Source of the DNA: a virus | Lineage: Duplodnaviria; Caudoviricetes | IMG/VR virus record: IMGVR_UViG_3300020045_006040 | Span: 1-29,877 of that record | Reading direction: 5' to 3' (one strand) | DNA length: 29,877 nucleotides | Shown: in pieces, positions 1 to 9,720 of the stretch | Numbering within the stretch: the stretch's first letter is position 1 | Layout of the letters: each line of letters begins with the position of its first letter | Position numbers and translations under genes: made by a program | The notes under the pieces: model-generated | What the model was told of the DNA's origin: nothing | The model's database searches: none | What the model saw: the letters and a program-made list of their open reading frames with translations, nothing else

Positions 1-197
1 GATTTGTCGATGAATCAATTAACGAAACAATGAAGCAATTATTTTTAAGCGAAAGAGTTTGGCAGTTCGATGGAACAAATTATATTCCTTTGAAACTTGG
101 ATCTAAATCTTTGGAGTACAAAACCAGAATGAAAGACCGATTAATTAATTATGAGGTAGAGTTTGAGTATGCTTTTAACGAAATAAACAATCAATAA
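1..197 (+). CDS. Partial (5'-truncated) virion/tail structural protein
   Basis: Open frame from position 3 (FVDESINETMKQLFLSERVW...YAFNEINNQ*); TAA 195-197 overlaps the next ATG; lies in the structural module. Confidence 0.7.
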   Translation, partial: FVDESINETMKQLFLSERVWQFDGTNYIPLKLGSKSLEYKTRMKDRLINYEVEFEYAFNEINNQ

Positions 198-2449
198 TGT
201 TTGCAAGTTTATATATCGGAAATGATAAATTGGATTTATTCAAAGATGAGTCTGTAGAACTTTCATCGAGTGTGGCTAACATAAACGACATTACAAAAAA
301 TATGACTGATTATTCAAAGTCATTCACTGTTCCTGCAACGCATAACAACAATATAATTTTCAAACATTACTACAACGCCAACATTGACAATGCTTTTGAT
401 GCAAGGATAAAACACTCAGGCCGTATTGAGCTATATGGATTTCCTTTTAAAACTGGTAAATGGACATTGAATAAAGTAAGTGTTAAGCAAGGCAAACCGA
501 GTTCATACACTATTAATTTCGTGGGAAATTTAGTTTCGTTGAAAGACAAATTGAAAAATTACGAATTAAAAGACCTTGACTTGTCAGCATACAATCACGG
601 TTACAGTCCATCAAATGTAAAAACAGGATTAACTTCATCTTTATTTAGTGGTGCAATAGTTTATAATTTATTTGTAAAAAAACAATTATATTACAGATAT
701 GGAAGCGAAAATATAAATACGGCAACGCTTGCAAACATAGCTTATACAGGTGGTGCGAATACCGGTGTTAATTGGGATCTGTTGAAGCCGTCAATCCAGT
801 TAATAAAAATAATTGAAGCGATTGAGAATGATTTTAATATAACATTTTCACGTGATTTTTTTGGAACAGCACAATTTCAAAAGATTTATTTGTGGGCAAA
901 TAATTCCACTTCATTAGCTAATAGCAACGAGGTGAGAATTGATTTTACAAACATCGGATCTATTGGAAGCAATGGAGGCACTTTGGATTTAGTAGAAGAT
1001 ACATTTGTGGCTAATGGTAAAAGAATTTATGGGTTAATGAAAATTGTACCGAGCGCAGGATATGAAACAGTACCATACAAGATTGAAAGAAAATTAGATG
1101 GAAATCCTTGGGGGGCTTATTCAGATTTAACCGGTACTACTGAAACTTTTTATGCAATTGATAGAAACAGTCCAGCCAAACATAGTTGGTACGTAACGGC
1201 TAATGATGAATTTAAATTTACTTCAAGGCTAACAATTGAATTTTATTATGAGTCTTATAATGGCGTGGCATCGTTTCCAGAACAAACAGTTTCAGGGCAG
1301 TTCAATGTATCAATGAACTTTCCTAAACTTAAACTAATTGACTTTTTAAATGGATTATTCAAGATGTTTAAATTGGTAGTTATTGCAGACGATTATGATA
1401 ATATTTATATCGATACCTTCAATAATTATTACGCGCAAGGAAGTGTTTATAATGTTTCAAAGTATGTTAAAACAGATAGTTTAGAAGTGTCACGCGGCAA
1501 CTTATTAAATGAAATTAACTTTTCGTTTAAAGAACCAAAGACATTATTAAACTCTCAATTCAAAATAAACACAGGGCAAGGCTACGGAGATGAGGCAACT
1601 TTATTAACCGATAATGGAACGCCAAGCGGAATACCATTGGAGGGGGACAGTTTAGGCATAGAAGTGCCTTTCGAACAAATTATTTACGAAAGATTAATTG
1701 ATTTAAATGGAAACGCGCTTACTAATATAATGTATGGAGGAATATTTAACGACAAAATAGAACCAGTTAGTCCAGACGTGCATATATTTTATAATATTAA
1801 TACGGCGATAGGAAGTAAAACAATTGGGTTTATAGACGATTTAGGAGTTAGAACTCAATTGAATGGTAACATAAACACACCTTCGCATTCAGTTGACTTT
1901 GTTTTACCAGACTATAATTTGAATTTTGGCATAGAGAATAACGAATGGAATAATATTGCAAGCGAAAAAACGCTGTATTCTAACTATTATAAGAACTATA
2001 TTGAATCAATATTTAATATTAAAAGGCGTTCATTCCCGTTTAAAGCAATCTTACCGTTAAGAATATTGTTAAAATTACAATTGAATGACGTTTTGGAAAT
2101 AAAAAAAAATTATTATCGAATAGACAATAATACTTTAAATTTATTGACACGTGAAGTTTCTTTGAATCTTATAAACTCTTTTGATTTGGTACTTGGCGCA
2201 ATGACAACGGAAGTAACTAATTTGTTTGCTGACAATACCGAGCAAGTACAATCTGTTTACGTTAATAATTTAGGCAATCCATTGTTTGATGTTGATGGTG
2301 TTTTGTGGTTGTCGTTGACTTATGAAGGTAATAACGTTTATTATTCTTTTTTAGAAAATTTAACAGGATTAGATAGAGCAACCAATACAACCATTACCAA
2401 CACAGAAACATTGGAAATGATTGAAATTTTAGTAACACAATACGCTTAA
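197..2449 (+). CDS. Large tail/baseplate structural protein (750 aa)
   Basis: N-terminal LDLFKDE...YSKSFTVP...N..IF motif typical of Bacteroidetes siphophage tail proteins; adjacent to tape measure. Confidence 0.6.
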   Translation: MFASLYIGNDKLDLFKDESVELSSSVANINDITKNMTDYSKSFTVPATHNNNIIFKHYYNANIDNAFDARIKHSGRIELYGFPFKTGKWTLNKVSVKQGKPSSYTINFVGNLVSLKDKLKNYELKDLDLSAYNHGYSPSNVKTGLTSSLFSGAIVYNLFVKKQLYYRYGSENINTATLANIAYTGGANTGVNWDLLKPSIQLIKIIEAIENDFNITFSRDFFGTAQFQKIYLWANNSTSLANSNEVRIDFTNIGSIGSNGGTLDLVEDTFVANGKRIYGLMKIVPSAGYETVPYKIERKLDGNPWGAYSDLTGTTETFYAIDRNSPAKHSWYVTANDEFKFTSRLTIEFYYESYNGVASFPEQTVSGQFNVSMNFPKLKLIDFLNGLFKMFKLVVIADDYDNIYIDTFNNYYAQGSVYNVSKYVKTDSLEVSRGNLLNEINFSFKEPKTLLNSQFKINTGQGYGDEATLLTDNGTPSGIPLEGDSLGIEVPFEQIIYERLIDLNGNALTNIMYGGIFNDKIEPVSPDVHIFYNINTAIGSKTIGFIDDLGVRTQLNGNINTPSHSVDFVLPDYNLNFGIENNEWNNIASEKTLYSNYYKNYIESIFNIKRRSFPFKAILPLRILLKLQLNDVLEIKKNYYRIDNNTLNLLTREVSLNLINSFDLVLGAMTTEVTNLFADNTEQVQSVYVNNLGNPLFDVDGVLWLSLTYEGNNVYYSFLENLTGLDRATNTTITNTETLEMIEILVTQYA

Positions 2450-2451
2450 TT

Positions 2452-2592
2452 ATGATAGCCGACATTATAAAATTACTGCAATCAAATCCGTTTTATGGAG
2501 CTGGTAAATTTACCGAAATTGCAAAAGGACAAAATGAAATTGATAATTATTTTAGAAAAATATATAGAAAATGGCAATCGAAAAACAAATAA
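2452..2592 (+). CDS. Small hypothetical protein (46 aa, MIADIIKLLQSNPF...), not in ORF track
   Basis: AATTATG start fills the gap and overlaps the tape measure start. Confidence 0.55.
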   Translation: MIADIIKLLQSNPFYGAGKFTEIAKGQNEIDNYFRKIYRKWQSKNK

Positions 2593-4124
2593 ATATTGTC
2601 GTTAAAGAGATAGGACTTGATCAAGTTCAAAAACAAGTTAACAAACTCGATGCATCTTTAGAAAATCTTAGCGATACTAATAAAGATGTTGTTAATTCAA
2701 TGGGGGCAAGTTCTCAATCTGTTTTAGATAATGGTGGGGCAATGGGATTGCTCAACGACGCTACAGGCGGTTTAGCTATGACAGTTAAAGATGCAGTTGA
2801 AGCTTCGTGGTTGTTTACCAAAAGTCAAAAGGCAGCTTCTATAATGACCGCTATTCAAACTACCGTTGTAGGCACGTCTACAGGCGCAATGAAAGCCTTT
2901 AGAATAGCTTTGGCCGCCACTGGAATTGGTTTGATAGTAATTGGATTAGGTTTGTTGATTGCAAACTTCGACAAAGTTAAAAAAGCTGTAATGGCTTTTA
3001 TTCCGGGACTTGCAGTTGTTGGAGAAATATTTACAAAATTAGTCCAAACAGTTACGGATTTTGTAGGAGCTACTTCGGACGCTTCACGTGAATTAGACAA
3101 GTTAGGCAAACAAGCAGAAACAACTTTGACAAAAAATAAATTTGCCTTAGATGCTTATGGCGATACATACGACCAATACACAAAAAGAAAAATTGAAGCA
3201 AATACAAAGTATGCCCAACACGTTAAGGATATAAACGAAGATGAAACTTTAAGCGAAAAACAAAAACTTGAAAGATTAAAAATCCTTAGAGAAACAGCTA
3301 ACAGAGAAATAAATAAAGCTGAACAGGATAGGCTTGATGAAAGAAATAAAAAAGCAAAAGAAGCGCAGGATAAAATTGACGAAGCAAATAAAACAGCATC
3401 AGAAAAAGCAAAACAAGCTAAACTGAAAGCGGATGAAGACGCAAAAAAAGCACTTGATGAAAAAATAAAAGCGGATGCACAAAAAGCCTTTGATATTGAC
3501 CAACAAGCTAAACAGGCAGCTTCGGATATTACAGAGTTTAGAAATGCAGAAATAGAAAAGCGAGAGGAAAAAGAAATTGAGGCAGGAACTAACACTATGG
3601 CACGTATTCAAGGCGAGTATGACGCAGAGAAAAAAGCTAGTGATGATAAAATATTTTTAGACAATGAGGTAAAAAATGCAAAGGTAGATATTGCAATGCA
3701 AACACTATCGTTGATTTCTGAAATAGCGGGACAGGGTTCGAAAGTAGCAAAAGCAATAGCAATAACACAAGCGACTATATCAGGAGTTCAAGGAGTTCAA
3801 AACGCATTTACTACAGCAAGCGCTTCACCTGTTACTACATTTTTTCCTGCGTATCCATTTATACAAGCTGGACTTGCTGGGGCATTTAGTGCTTTGCAAA
3901 TATCCAAGATAGCCAAAGGAGAAAAAGCTGGTAGCAATTCGGCAGGTGGTGGTAGTAGTTCAACACCTAGCGCACCGTCATTTAATTTAGTACAAGGCAC
4001 TAATTCAAATCAAATAGCACAATCAATTAATACGCAACAACCTATCGAAGCTTTTGTCGTTTCTAAAAACGTTTCAACAGGACAGGAACTTGATAGAAAT
4101 ATTATTAAGAGTGCAAGTTTGTAA
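2571..4124 (+). CDS. Tape measure protein
   Basis: Ala/Gly-rich hydrophobic segments (ALAATGIGLIVIGLGLLIANF) plus long K/E/A coiled coil. Confidence 0.7.
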   Translation: MAIEKQINIVVKEIGLDQVQKQVNKLDASLENLSDTNKDVVNSMGASSQSVLDNGGAMGLLNDATGGLAMTVKDAVEASWLFTKSQKAASIMTAIQTTVVGTSTGAMKAFRIALAATGIGLIVIGLGLLIANFDKVKKAVMAFIPGLAVVGEIFTKLVQTVTDFVGATSDASRELDKLGKQAETTLTKNKFALDAYGDTYDQYTKRKIEANTKYAQHVKDINEDETLSEKQKLERLKILRETANREINKAEQDRLDERNKKAKEAQDKIDEANKTASEKAKQAKLKADEDAKKALDEKIKADAQKAFDIDQQAKQAASDITEFRNAEIEKREEKEIEAGTNTMARIQGEYDAEKKASDDKIFLDNEVKNAKVDIAMQTLSLISEIAGQGSKVAKAIAITQATISGVQGVQNAFTTASASPVTTFFPAYPFIQAGLAGAFSALQISKIAKGEKAGSNSAGGGSSSTPSAPSFNLVQGTNSNQIAQSINTQQPIEAFVVSKNVSTGQELDRNIIKSASL

Positions 4125-4149
4125 CAATACATTAACAATTTAGTTTAAT
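4121..4149 (+). promoter_or_regulatory. Candidate late-promoter motif GTAACAA-N15-GTTTAAT, copy 1
   Basis: Same motif and spacing at 7248-7276; both precede structural gene blocks. Confidence 0.4.
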
Positions 4150-4167
4150 TATAAATAACAATCAATT

Positions 4168-4494
4168 ATGAAAGTAGAAGAAATAAAATTAGCGTTTGAA
4201 ACAAATGTTCAATTTGCAATTTCAGAAGATTTAAAAGTTTTTGGGGGCGGTGTGAAAAACAGAACTATTGCTTTACAAAAACTAATAACGGCTTATGAAA
4301 ATGCGTATGTTCAGATGAAAAATGCAAGTTCGGAAGTAATTAAAAACAATCCAATTTTAGGAAAAGTTTTAGTAAATGCAGAAAACGGAGCGAAAGACTT
4401 AGGTGTTGCCGTCGGTTCTATCCCCGGATACAATGATGCTTTACAATCTTGGAAGGAAGCTGAAACCGCTATTGCTAAATATAATTCGTTTTAA
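4168..4494 (+). CDS. Helical hypothetical protein, possible internal head protein
   Basis: 108 aa ORF coupled to the protease gene. Confidence 0.55.
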   Translation: MKVEEIKLAFETNVQFAISEDLKVFGGGVKNRTIALQKLITAYENAYVQMKNASSEVIKNNPILGKVLVNAENGAKDLGVAVGSIPGYNDALQSWKEAETAIAKYNSF

Positions 4495-5738
4495 TGAAAA
4501 CCTACGAAGCAAAATATGACCCGTTAAAAAACAAAGGAGTTTATGGAATTTCTTTAGTTGAGAATCCTGCAATGGAGGGTTTATTTATTGCGTTGTCGAA
4601 AAACGAGCCTTTGCAATTAAAAGAAGTTGATAAAGAGCAACGTATTTTAATGGGTTTAGTTTTAGAGCCTAACAAACCGATTTATAGAAATCAAAACGGA
4701 GAGGAATTCAATATCGTGTTTAACGAGGAAACCATTAAAGATTTGTCTTATGGTTTTTTTAAAAACAATTCTCATTCAAATTCCACAATCGAACACGACA
4801 TAGACCAAAATATTAAAGGCGTTACGTTTACAGAAAGTTGGATAGTTGAAAATCCAACCAACGACAAAAGTAATAATTTTGGATTTAGTTATCCAAAAGG
4901 TAGTTGGGTTGCGGTTATGAAAGTAGATAGTGACGAGGTTTGGAATGATTATGTTAAGACTGGAAAAGTACAAGGCTTTTCAATCGATGCGATGTTATCA
5001 CTTGAAGAAGTAAAATTATCAAAAAACAAAACGACAAGCGGTTTAGATATTTGGTTTAAAGATGCAATGATTACAAGAGGTTGCAACGTTCAAACATTAG
5101 ACGGTAAAGATTTACCTGATGGAAAATATGAGTTAATGACTAATATTGAAATCGAAGTAAAAAATGGGGAAGTATTAAATTTAACAGAAATAAAAATGAG
5201 TAAAGAAATTAGTTTATTAGAGCGAATTCTTTTAGCGTTGACACCAAAGCAAAACGAGGTTAAACTTGGTTCTATGAAGCTTATGGATGGAAGTGTTACT
5301 ATTGAATTTGAAGGCGAAGAAATGAAAGTCGGTGACGCTATTTGGGTAACCGCTGACGATGGAACAAAAGTTCCTGTTCCTGTTGGAGAGCACCCAATGG
5401 AAGATGGAACTATTTTAGTTGTAACAGTAGAAGGCATAGTTGGAGAAATTAAGCCAGCAGCAACCGAAGAAGAACCAGCTCCAGTAGTTGAAGCTGGCGA
5501 AGATGGTAAAGTTTCAAACGATGCTAAAATTGCAAGCGAAATCGAAAGTGCAATTAAATCAATTTTGATTAAATACACAGCGCAAGAAACAAAAATTTCA
5601 GACTTGGAAAACCAAATTGCAGAATTAGGAAAACAACCAGCTAGCAAACCAATTCAAGGCACGCCTGTGCAAGTTGACTTTTCAAAAATGACAAAACAAG
5701 AAAGAATTTTTTTAACAATTAATAAAAACAAAAATTAG
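4494..5738 (+). CDS. Prohead protease (XkdF-like) fused to scaffold
   Basis: RILMGLVLEP, STIEHD, ESWIVE, GSW, W..VKTGKVQGFSI motifs; acidic/coiled-coil C-terminus; directly upstream of capsid gene. Confidence 0.75.
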   Translation: MKTYEAKYDPLKNKGVYGISLVENPAMEGLFIALSKNEPLQLKEVDKEQRILMGLVLEPNKPIYRNQNGEEFNIVFNEETIKDLSYGFFKNNSHSNSTIEHDIDQNIKGVTFTESWIVENPTNDKSNNFGFSYPKGSWVAVMKVDSDEVWNDYVKTGKVQGFSIDAMLSLEEVKLSKNKTTSGLDIWFKDAMITRGCNVQTLDGKDLPDGKYELMTNIEIEVKNGEVLNLTEIKMSKEISLLERILLALTPKQNEVKLGSMKLMDGSVTIEFEGEEMKVGDAIWVTADDGTKVPVPVGEHPMEDGTILVVTVEGIVGEIKPAATEEEPAPVVEAGEDGKVSNDAKIASEIESAIKSILIKYTAQETKISDLENQIAELGKQPASKPIQGTPVQVDFSKMTKQERIFLTINKNKN

Positions 5739-5740
5739 AT

Positions 5741-6649
5741 ATGGCAACTACAGTAACAGTTACTTCTAACTACGCGGGCAAAGAAGCTGGCGAAATAGTT
5801 GGGCAAGCATTTAAGGAAGCGGACACAATCGCAAAAGGATTTGTAACCGTTTTTCCTAACGTAAATTTCAAATTGAATTTGCGTAAAATCGTATTAACAG
5901 GCGGTAAAAGAGAGTACACTTGTGGACACGTTCCAGCAGGCGCAATCACTTTGAGCGAAAAAGTTTTAGAGCCTAAAAAATTCAAGGACGACTGGGAAGT
6001 TTGCAAGGAAGACTTTAGAGCGCAATGGAGCGAAGAGTCTATGGGAGCAAGCGCACACAACGACAGCGCACCAAAAGACATTATGGATGCAATCCTTGTT
6101 GAAAAATTAGGACAAACAGCCGAGGAATTGGACGATAATATTTGGAACGGTGACGGAACAAATGCAGACGAGTTCGACGGTTTCTTGAAATTGTTTTTGG
6201 CAGATGCAACGGTTATCGATGTTGATGTTGATGCAATCACAGAAGCAAATGTAGAGGCATCATTGAAATTGGCTTTGGCAGCTATCCCTGTAGACATTCG
6301 CAGACGCACGTTGAAAATTGGGGTTTCTCCAGACGTGTTTATGTACTACGGTTTTTATCTTGCATCAAAAGGAATCGCCAACGGATTGGGTGGAGATGCG
6401 AACACTACGCCAAAATTCGGAAAATATACTTTGGAAGAAGTTAACGGATTGCCAGCAAGCACAATTGTAATTGCAGAGCCTAAAAATTTGATCTTCGCAA
6501 CTGGTTTGTTAGCAGACCACAACGAAGTTAGAATGGTTGACCAAGACGAAACATTATTGAACGGTAAGATTATCGGTACAATGGTTTACAATGCCGCAGT
6601 AGGGTACTACAACGGTGCTGAAATCGTTTGGGCAAGACCTATCGCATAG
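5741..6649 (+). CDS. Major capsid protein
   Basis: 302 aa; IWNGDG...FDGF motif of HK97-fold capsids; follows protease, followed by terminator. Confidence 0.85.
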   Translation: MATTVTVTSNYAGKEAGEIVGQAFKEADTIAKGFVTVFPNVNFKLNLRKIVLTGGKREYTCGHVPAGAITLSEKVLEPKKFKDDWEVCKEDFRAQWSEESMGASAHNDSAPKDIMDAILVEKLGQTAEELDDNIWNGDGTNADEFDGFLKLFLADATVIDVDVDAITEANVEASLKLALAAIPVDIRRRTLKIGVSPDVFMYYGFYLASKGIANGLGGDANTTPKFGKYTLEEVNGLPASTIVIAEPKNLIFATGLLADHNEVRMVDQDETLLNGKIIGTMVYNAAVGYYNGAEIVWARPIA

Positions 6650-6662
6650 TTAAATTAGAAAC

Positions 6663-6686
6663 AAAGGGGGATTAGTTTCCCCTTTA
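6663..6686 (+). terminator. Hairpin terminator after capsid gene
   Basis: AAAGGGGGA-ttagt-TTCCCCTTT inverted repeat. Confidence 0.6.
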
Positions 6687-6704
6687 AATAATACATATAT
6701 AATT

Positions 6705-7214
6705 ATGGCTTGTGATTTAACAGCAGGACGTTTAAAAGCGTGTAAGCAATCTTTAGGAGGTGTTTCTACTTTGTATCTTTTTAATTTTGTCGAAGACCCG
6801 TTTACGGTAGCGGCAGGAATTGCGACAGCAATTAACCCTTTGCTTACTGCGGTTTTTGAATACGAATTAGAAGGTGACGGAAACAACATTTCTGAAAGTA
6901 TGCCGAGCGACAGGAACACGGGGACTTCGGTAAATACCCAAACGAGTACTTTTGTATTAAAAAAAGTTGATGCAACCACATCCGCACAAATGAACTTACT
7001 CGCTTATGGGTTTCCTATGGCAGTAGTAAAAGACAGAAACGGAATTTATCACGCAATCGGAATTGATGACGGTATTGATTTTACGGTGGTTCAGTCTACT
7101 GGAGGAGCGAAAACAGAATTGAATGGATATACTTTGACGGGTGTATCTACAACAGGGAGCTTGTCGCCTAAATTAGACACTGCAACAGCGGCAGCATTTT
7201 TGGCTTTGGTTTAG
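6705..7214 (+). CDS. Major tail (tube) protein, putative
   Basis: MACDLTAGR..CK.S.GG N-terminus typical of flavobacterial phage structural proteins; flanked by terminators. Confidence 0.6.
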   Translation: MACDLTAGRLKACKQSLGGVSTLYLFNFVEDPFTVAAGIATAINPLLTAVFEYELEGDGNNISESMPSDRNTGTSVNTQTSTFVLKKVDATTSAQMNLLAYGFPMAVVKDRNGIYHAIGIDDGIDFTVVQSTGGAKTELNGYTLTGVSTTGSLSPKLDTATAAAFLALV

Positions 7215-7235
7215 ATATTTTTTGGATTAGTAATT

Positions 7236-7269
7236 AAAACCCTGTTTGTAACAAAATGGGGTTTTTTTT
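7236..7269 (+). terminator. Intrinsic terminator
   Basis: AAAACCC...GGGTTTTTTTT. Confidence 0.6.
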
Positions 7270-7276
7270 GTTTAAT
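7248..7276 (+). promoter_or_regulatory. Candidate late-promoter motif GTAACAA-N15-GTTTAAT, copy 2
   Basis: Matches 4121-4149 in both boxes and spacing. Confidence 0.4.
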
Positions 7277-7279
7277 AGT

Positions 7280-7585
7280 ATGATAGTTTTATTACCAACA
7301 AACACGACACACGGCTTTAATTTTATCCCTCGATTTATTCCATCGGGCGAATTAGCTTTAGAGCTGTACGATGAAACATTACAGACTAAACAAACAATTG
7401 ATAATCTATATGTTTTTGCAAATGGATTGGCTACAATGACATTCGATTTGGTATGCATAGAGAATCAAAAGTTTAAATTAAAAATATCAGAAGGTACAGA
7501 CGTAATTTACCGAGATAAAATATTTGTAACCTCACAAAATACACAAGAATTTAAAGCAACAAAAGACCATTACTATTATGAGTAA
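7280..7585 (+). CDS. Hypothetical structural protein
   Basis: ORF track 7256; ATG 7280 preferred because the upstream part is the terminator. Confidence 0.6.
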   Translation: MIVLLPTNTTHGFNFIPRFIPSGELALELYDETLQTKQTIDNLYVFANGLATMTFDLVCIENQKFKLKISEGTDVIYRDKIFVTSQNTQEFKATKDHYYYE

Positions 7586-9227
7586 CGATATAAGATTATT
7601 TCAGCTAAGCAACTATGTAAGGCCTAAATTACAAGAAAACAAAGCAAAGAATTGGGTTTTGAATGGAAAGAATAATGAATTTTATCAATACATTATAGAC
7701 CGTTTCAATGGTTCACCAACGAACGCTGCAATTGTAGACAGTTATGCCAATCTTATTTACGGTAATGGGTTACGTTGTAGAAACAATAATACAAGTGCGT
7801 GGGTTAATTTCCTGTCGATTTTAAGACCAAAGGAAGTTCGTAAAATAGTTTCAGATTTTGAATTATTTGGAGAGGCTTCTTTTCAAGTTATAAAAGCAAA
7901 AGATAAAAAAAGTTTAGGCTCAATTTATCACATACCAAAACAACAAATTGTACCGTCATTGGAAAACGAGGATGGTGTCATTGAAACTTACTGGCATTCT
8001 AAAGACTGGAGCAATACCCAAAAATATACGCCTGTTCCATATCCGTCATTTGGAACTTCAAACGAAAACATTGAAATCTATTGTATAAAACCATACAAGG
8101 CAGGAAAAAACTATTTTAGTGATCCTGATTATTTGAGCGCCTTGCCTTATGCTGAAATGGAGGAAGAGCTTGCTAATTTTTACATTAATTCTATTAAAAA
8201 AGGATTGTCTGCGGGTTATATTATTCAAGTGCCGGACGGAGGTACAAGAACTCCAGAAGATAAAGACGAGTTCGAAAGAAAAATAAAATCAAAAGTAACA
8301 GGGTCTCCAAATGCAAACAGCTTTATTTTAGATTTTTATGGAGGCGACAAACCTATAACAGTTGTTCCTTTCCCAGTTAATGACGCTCAACACAAACAAT
8401 GGGAGTATTTAACAGGCGAAAGCAGACAGCAAATTATGACGGGTCATAAAGTTGTGAGTCCTAAGTTATTTGGCATTATGTCGGATGGTGGTTTCGGAAA
8501 CAATGCCAACGAATTAGACGAAGCCGAGGCGCAATTAATGAAGCGTGTTATACAACCTAAACAAACGCCAATTATAGAAGCTTTTGAGGAAGTAATTAAT
8601 TTTTACGGCATAATGTTGGATTTGTATTTTGCACCGCTTACCGAGCCTAAAACGGTTCAATTACATTCTCACGATGAAAAAAAAAAGAGTGATTTAGATG
8701 AGTTTATCGAATTAGGAGAAGTTGAGGATTTAAGCGAATATGATTTAATCGATGTTGAAAAGTATGATGAAAATTCAGTTCCTTTAAATTTAGCAAGTGT
8801 GCCAAGTAATTTACCACTTGCGCCAAGTGAAATAGATAACGATACTTTTAAAGTTCGTTTCGAATATGCAGGGAGTCTAAACCCAGAAAGGGAATTTTGT
8901 AAAAAAATGATAACGGCTGGAAGGGTTTTTAGACAAGAAGATATTGAATTAGCGAGTAAAAAAGCCGTTAACCCGGGTTGGGGACCAGAAGGCGCAAACA
9001 CATACGATATTTTAAAATATAAAGGCGGTGGGGATTGCCATCATTTTTGGCAAAGAAAAGTATATTTGAAAAAATCAAATAAATACATCACAATAGAACA
9101 GGCTCAAAAAATGATTCGTGGTTTAAAAGAATTAGGAATTAAAACCGAAATACCAAAAAGCACCGAGCCATTAAGTACAGTTAAACCAATGGATATGCCT
9201 AACAACGGATTTTTAAAGAAAAGATAA
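7578..9227 (+). CDS. Portal protein with C-terminal MuF-like extension
   Basis: Portal-like core (YF..PDY..AL, HKV.SP.LFGI, VIQPKQ..I) of about 365 aa, then acidic linker and REFC..M...GG.DCHHFW motif. Confidence 0.8.
   Translation: MSNDIRLFQLSNYVRPKLQENKAKNWVLNGKNNEFYQYIIDRFNGSPTNAAIVDSYANLIYGNGLRCRNNNTSAWVNFLSILRPKEVRKIVSDFELFGEASFQVIKAKDKKSLGSIYHIPKQQIVPSLENEDGVIETYWHSKDWSNTQKYTPVPYPSFGTSNENIEIYCIKPYKAGKNYFSDPDYLSALPYAEMEEELANFYINSIKKGLSAGYIIQVPDGGTRTPEDKDEFERKIKSKVTGSPNANSFILDFYGGDKPITVVPFPVNDAQHKQWEYLTGESRQQIMTGHKVVSPKLFGIMSDGGFGNNANELDEAEAQLMKRVIQPKQTPIIEAFEEVINFYGIMLDLYFAPLTEPKTVQLHSHDEKKKSDLDEFIELGEVEDLSEYDLIDVEKYDENSVPLNLASVPSNLPLAPSEIDNDTFKVRFEYAGSLNPEREFCKKMITAGRVFRQEDIELASKKAVNPGWGPEGANTYDILKYKGGGDCHHFWQRKVYLKKSNKYITIEQAQKMIRGLKELGIKTEIPKSTEPLSTVKPMDMPNNGFLKKR
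8677..8692 (+). other. A10 tract / A-AAA-AAG slippery site with -1 frame TGA
   Basis: GAA AAA AAA AAG AGT GA in frame at the portal/extension junction. Confidence 0.5.
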
Positions 9228-9228
9228 A

Positions 9229-9720
9229 ATGGCTGAATTACTTTTTATAACACCCGAAGAAATGACCAGTTCCACTATTTTAAGCGGAAACACGGACACG
9301 GACAAATATATTTTTTGCATTGCAGACGCTCAAATATCGGTTATCGAACCGTTATTAGGATCGATACTATATAATAAAATAAAAGCAGATAAAGAAAACG
9401 ATACTTTATCCGGCTTGTATTTGGAATTATACACTGATTTAATTAAACCAATAACTAAAAATGAAGCTGTAGCACAGTACATTGAGATTGCGTCTTATAC
9501 GGTAGATAACGGGGGAGTTGTAAAACATACAGGCGATAAAATAGAAGTGGTTTCAAAAGAGGAATGCCAATATTTAGCTGGTAAATATCACAACTTGGCA
9601 CAAATGTATATCGGGCGTTTCAATAAGTGGATTTGTAAAAACTCATTGACCGAATATCAACAATGTCAGGATGAAGTAGATGCTCAAAAAATAAAAGTTT
9701 CTTTCGGATGGAAATTGTAA
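9229..9720 (+). CDS. Head-tail adaptor/connector, putative
   Basis: Follows portal; AQ...IEPLLG..LY motif. Confidence 0.55.
   Translation: MAELLFITPEEMTSSTILSGNTDTDKYIFCIADAQISVIEPLLGSILYNKIKADKENDTLSGLYLELYTDLIKPITKNEAVAQYIEIASYTVDNGGVVKHTGDKIEVVSKEECQYLAGKYHNLAQMYIGRFNKWICKNSLTEYQQCQDEVDAQKIKVSFGWKL

Noticed and set aside
2101-2109. A9 run in the 750-aa tail gene as a programmed slippage site
   Set aside because: No domain boundary or supporting context; such runs are expected in AT-rich DNA
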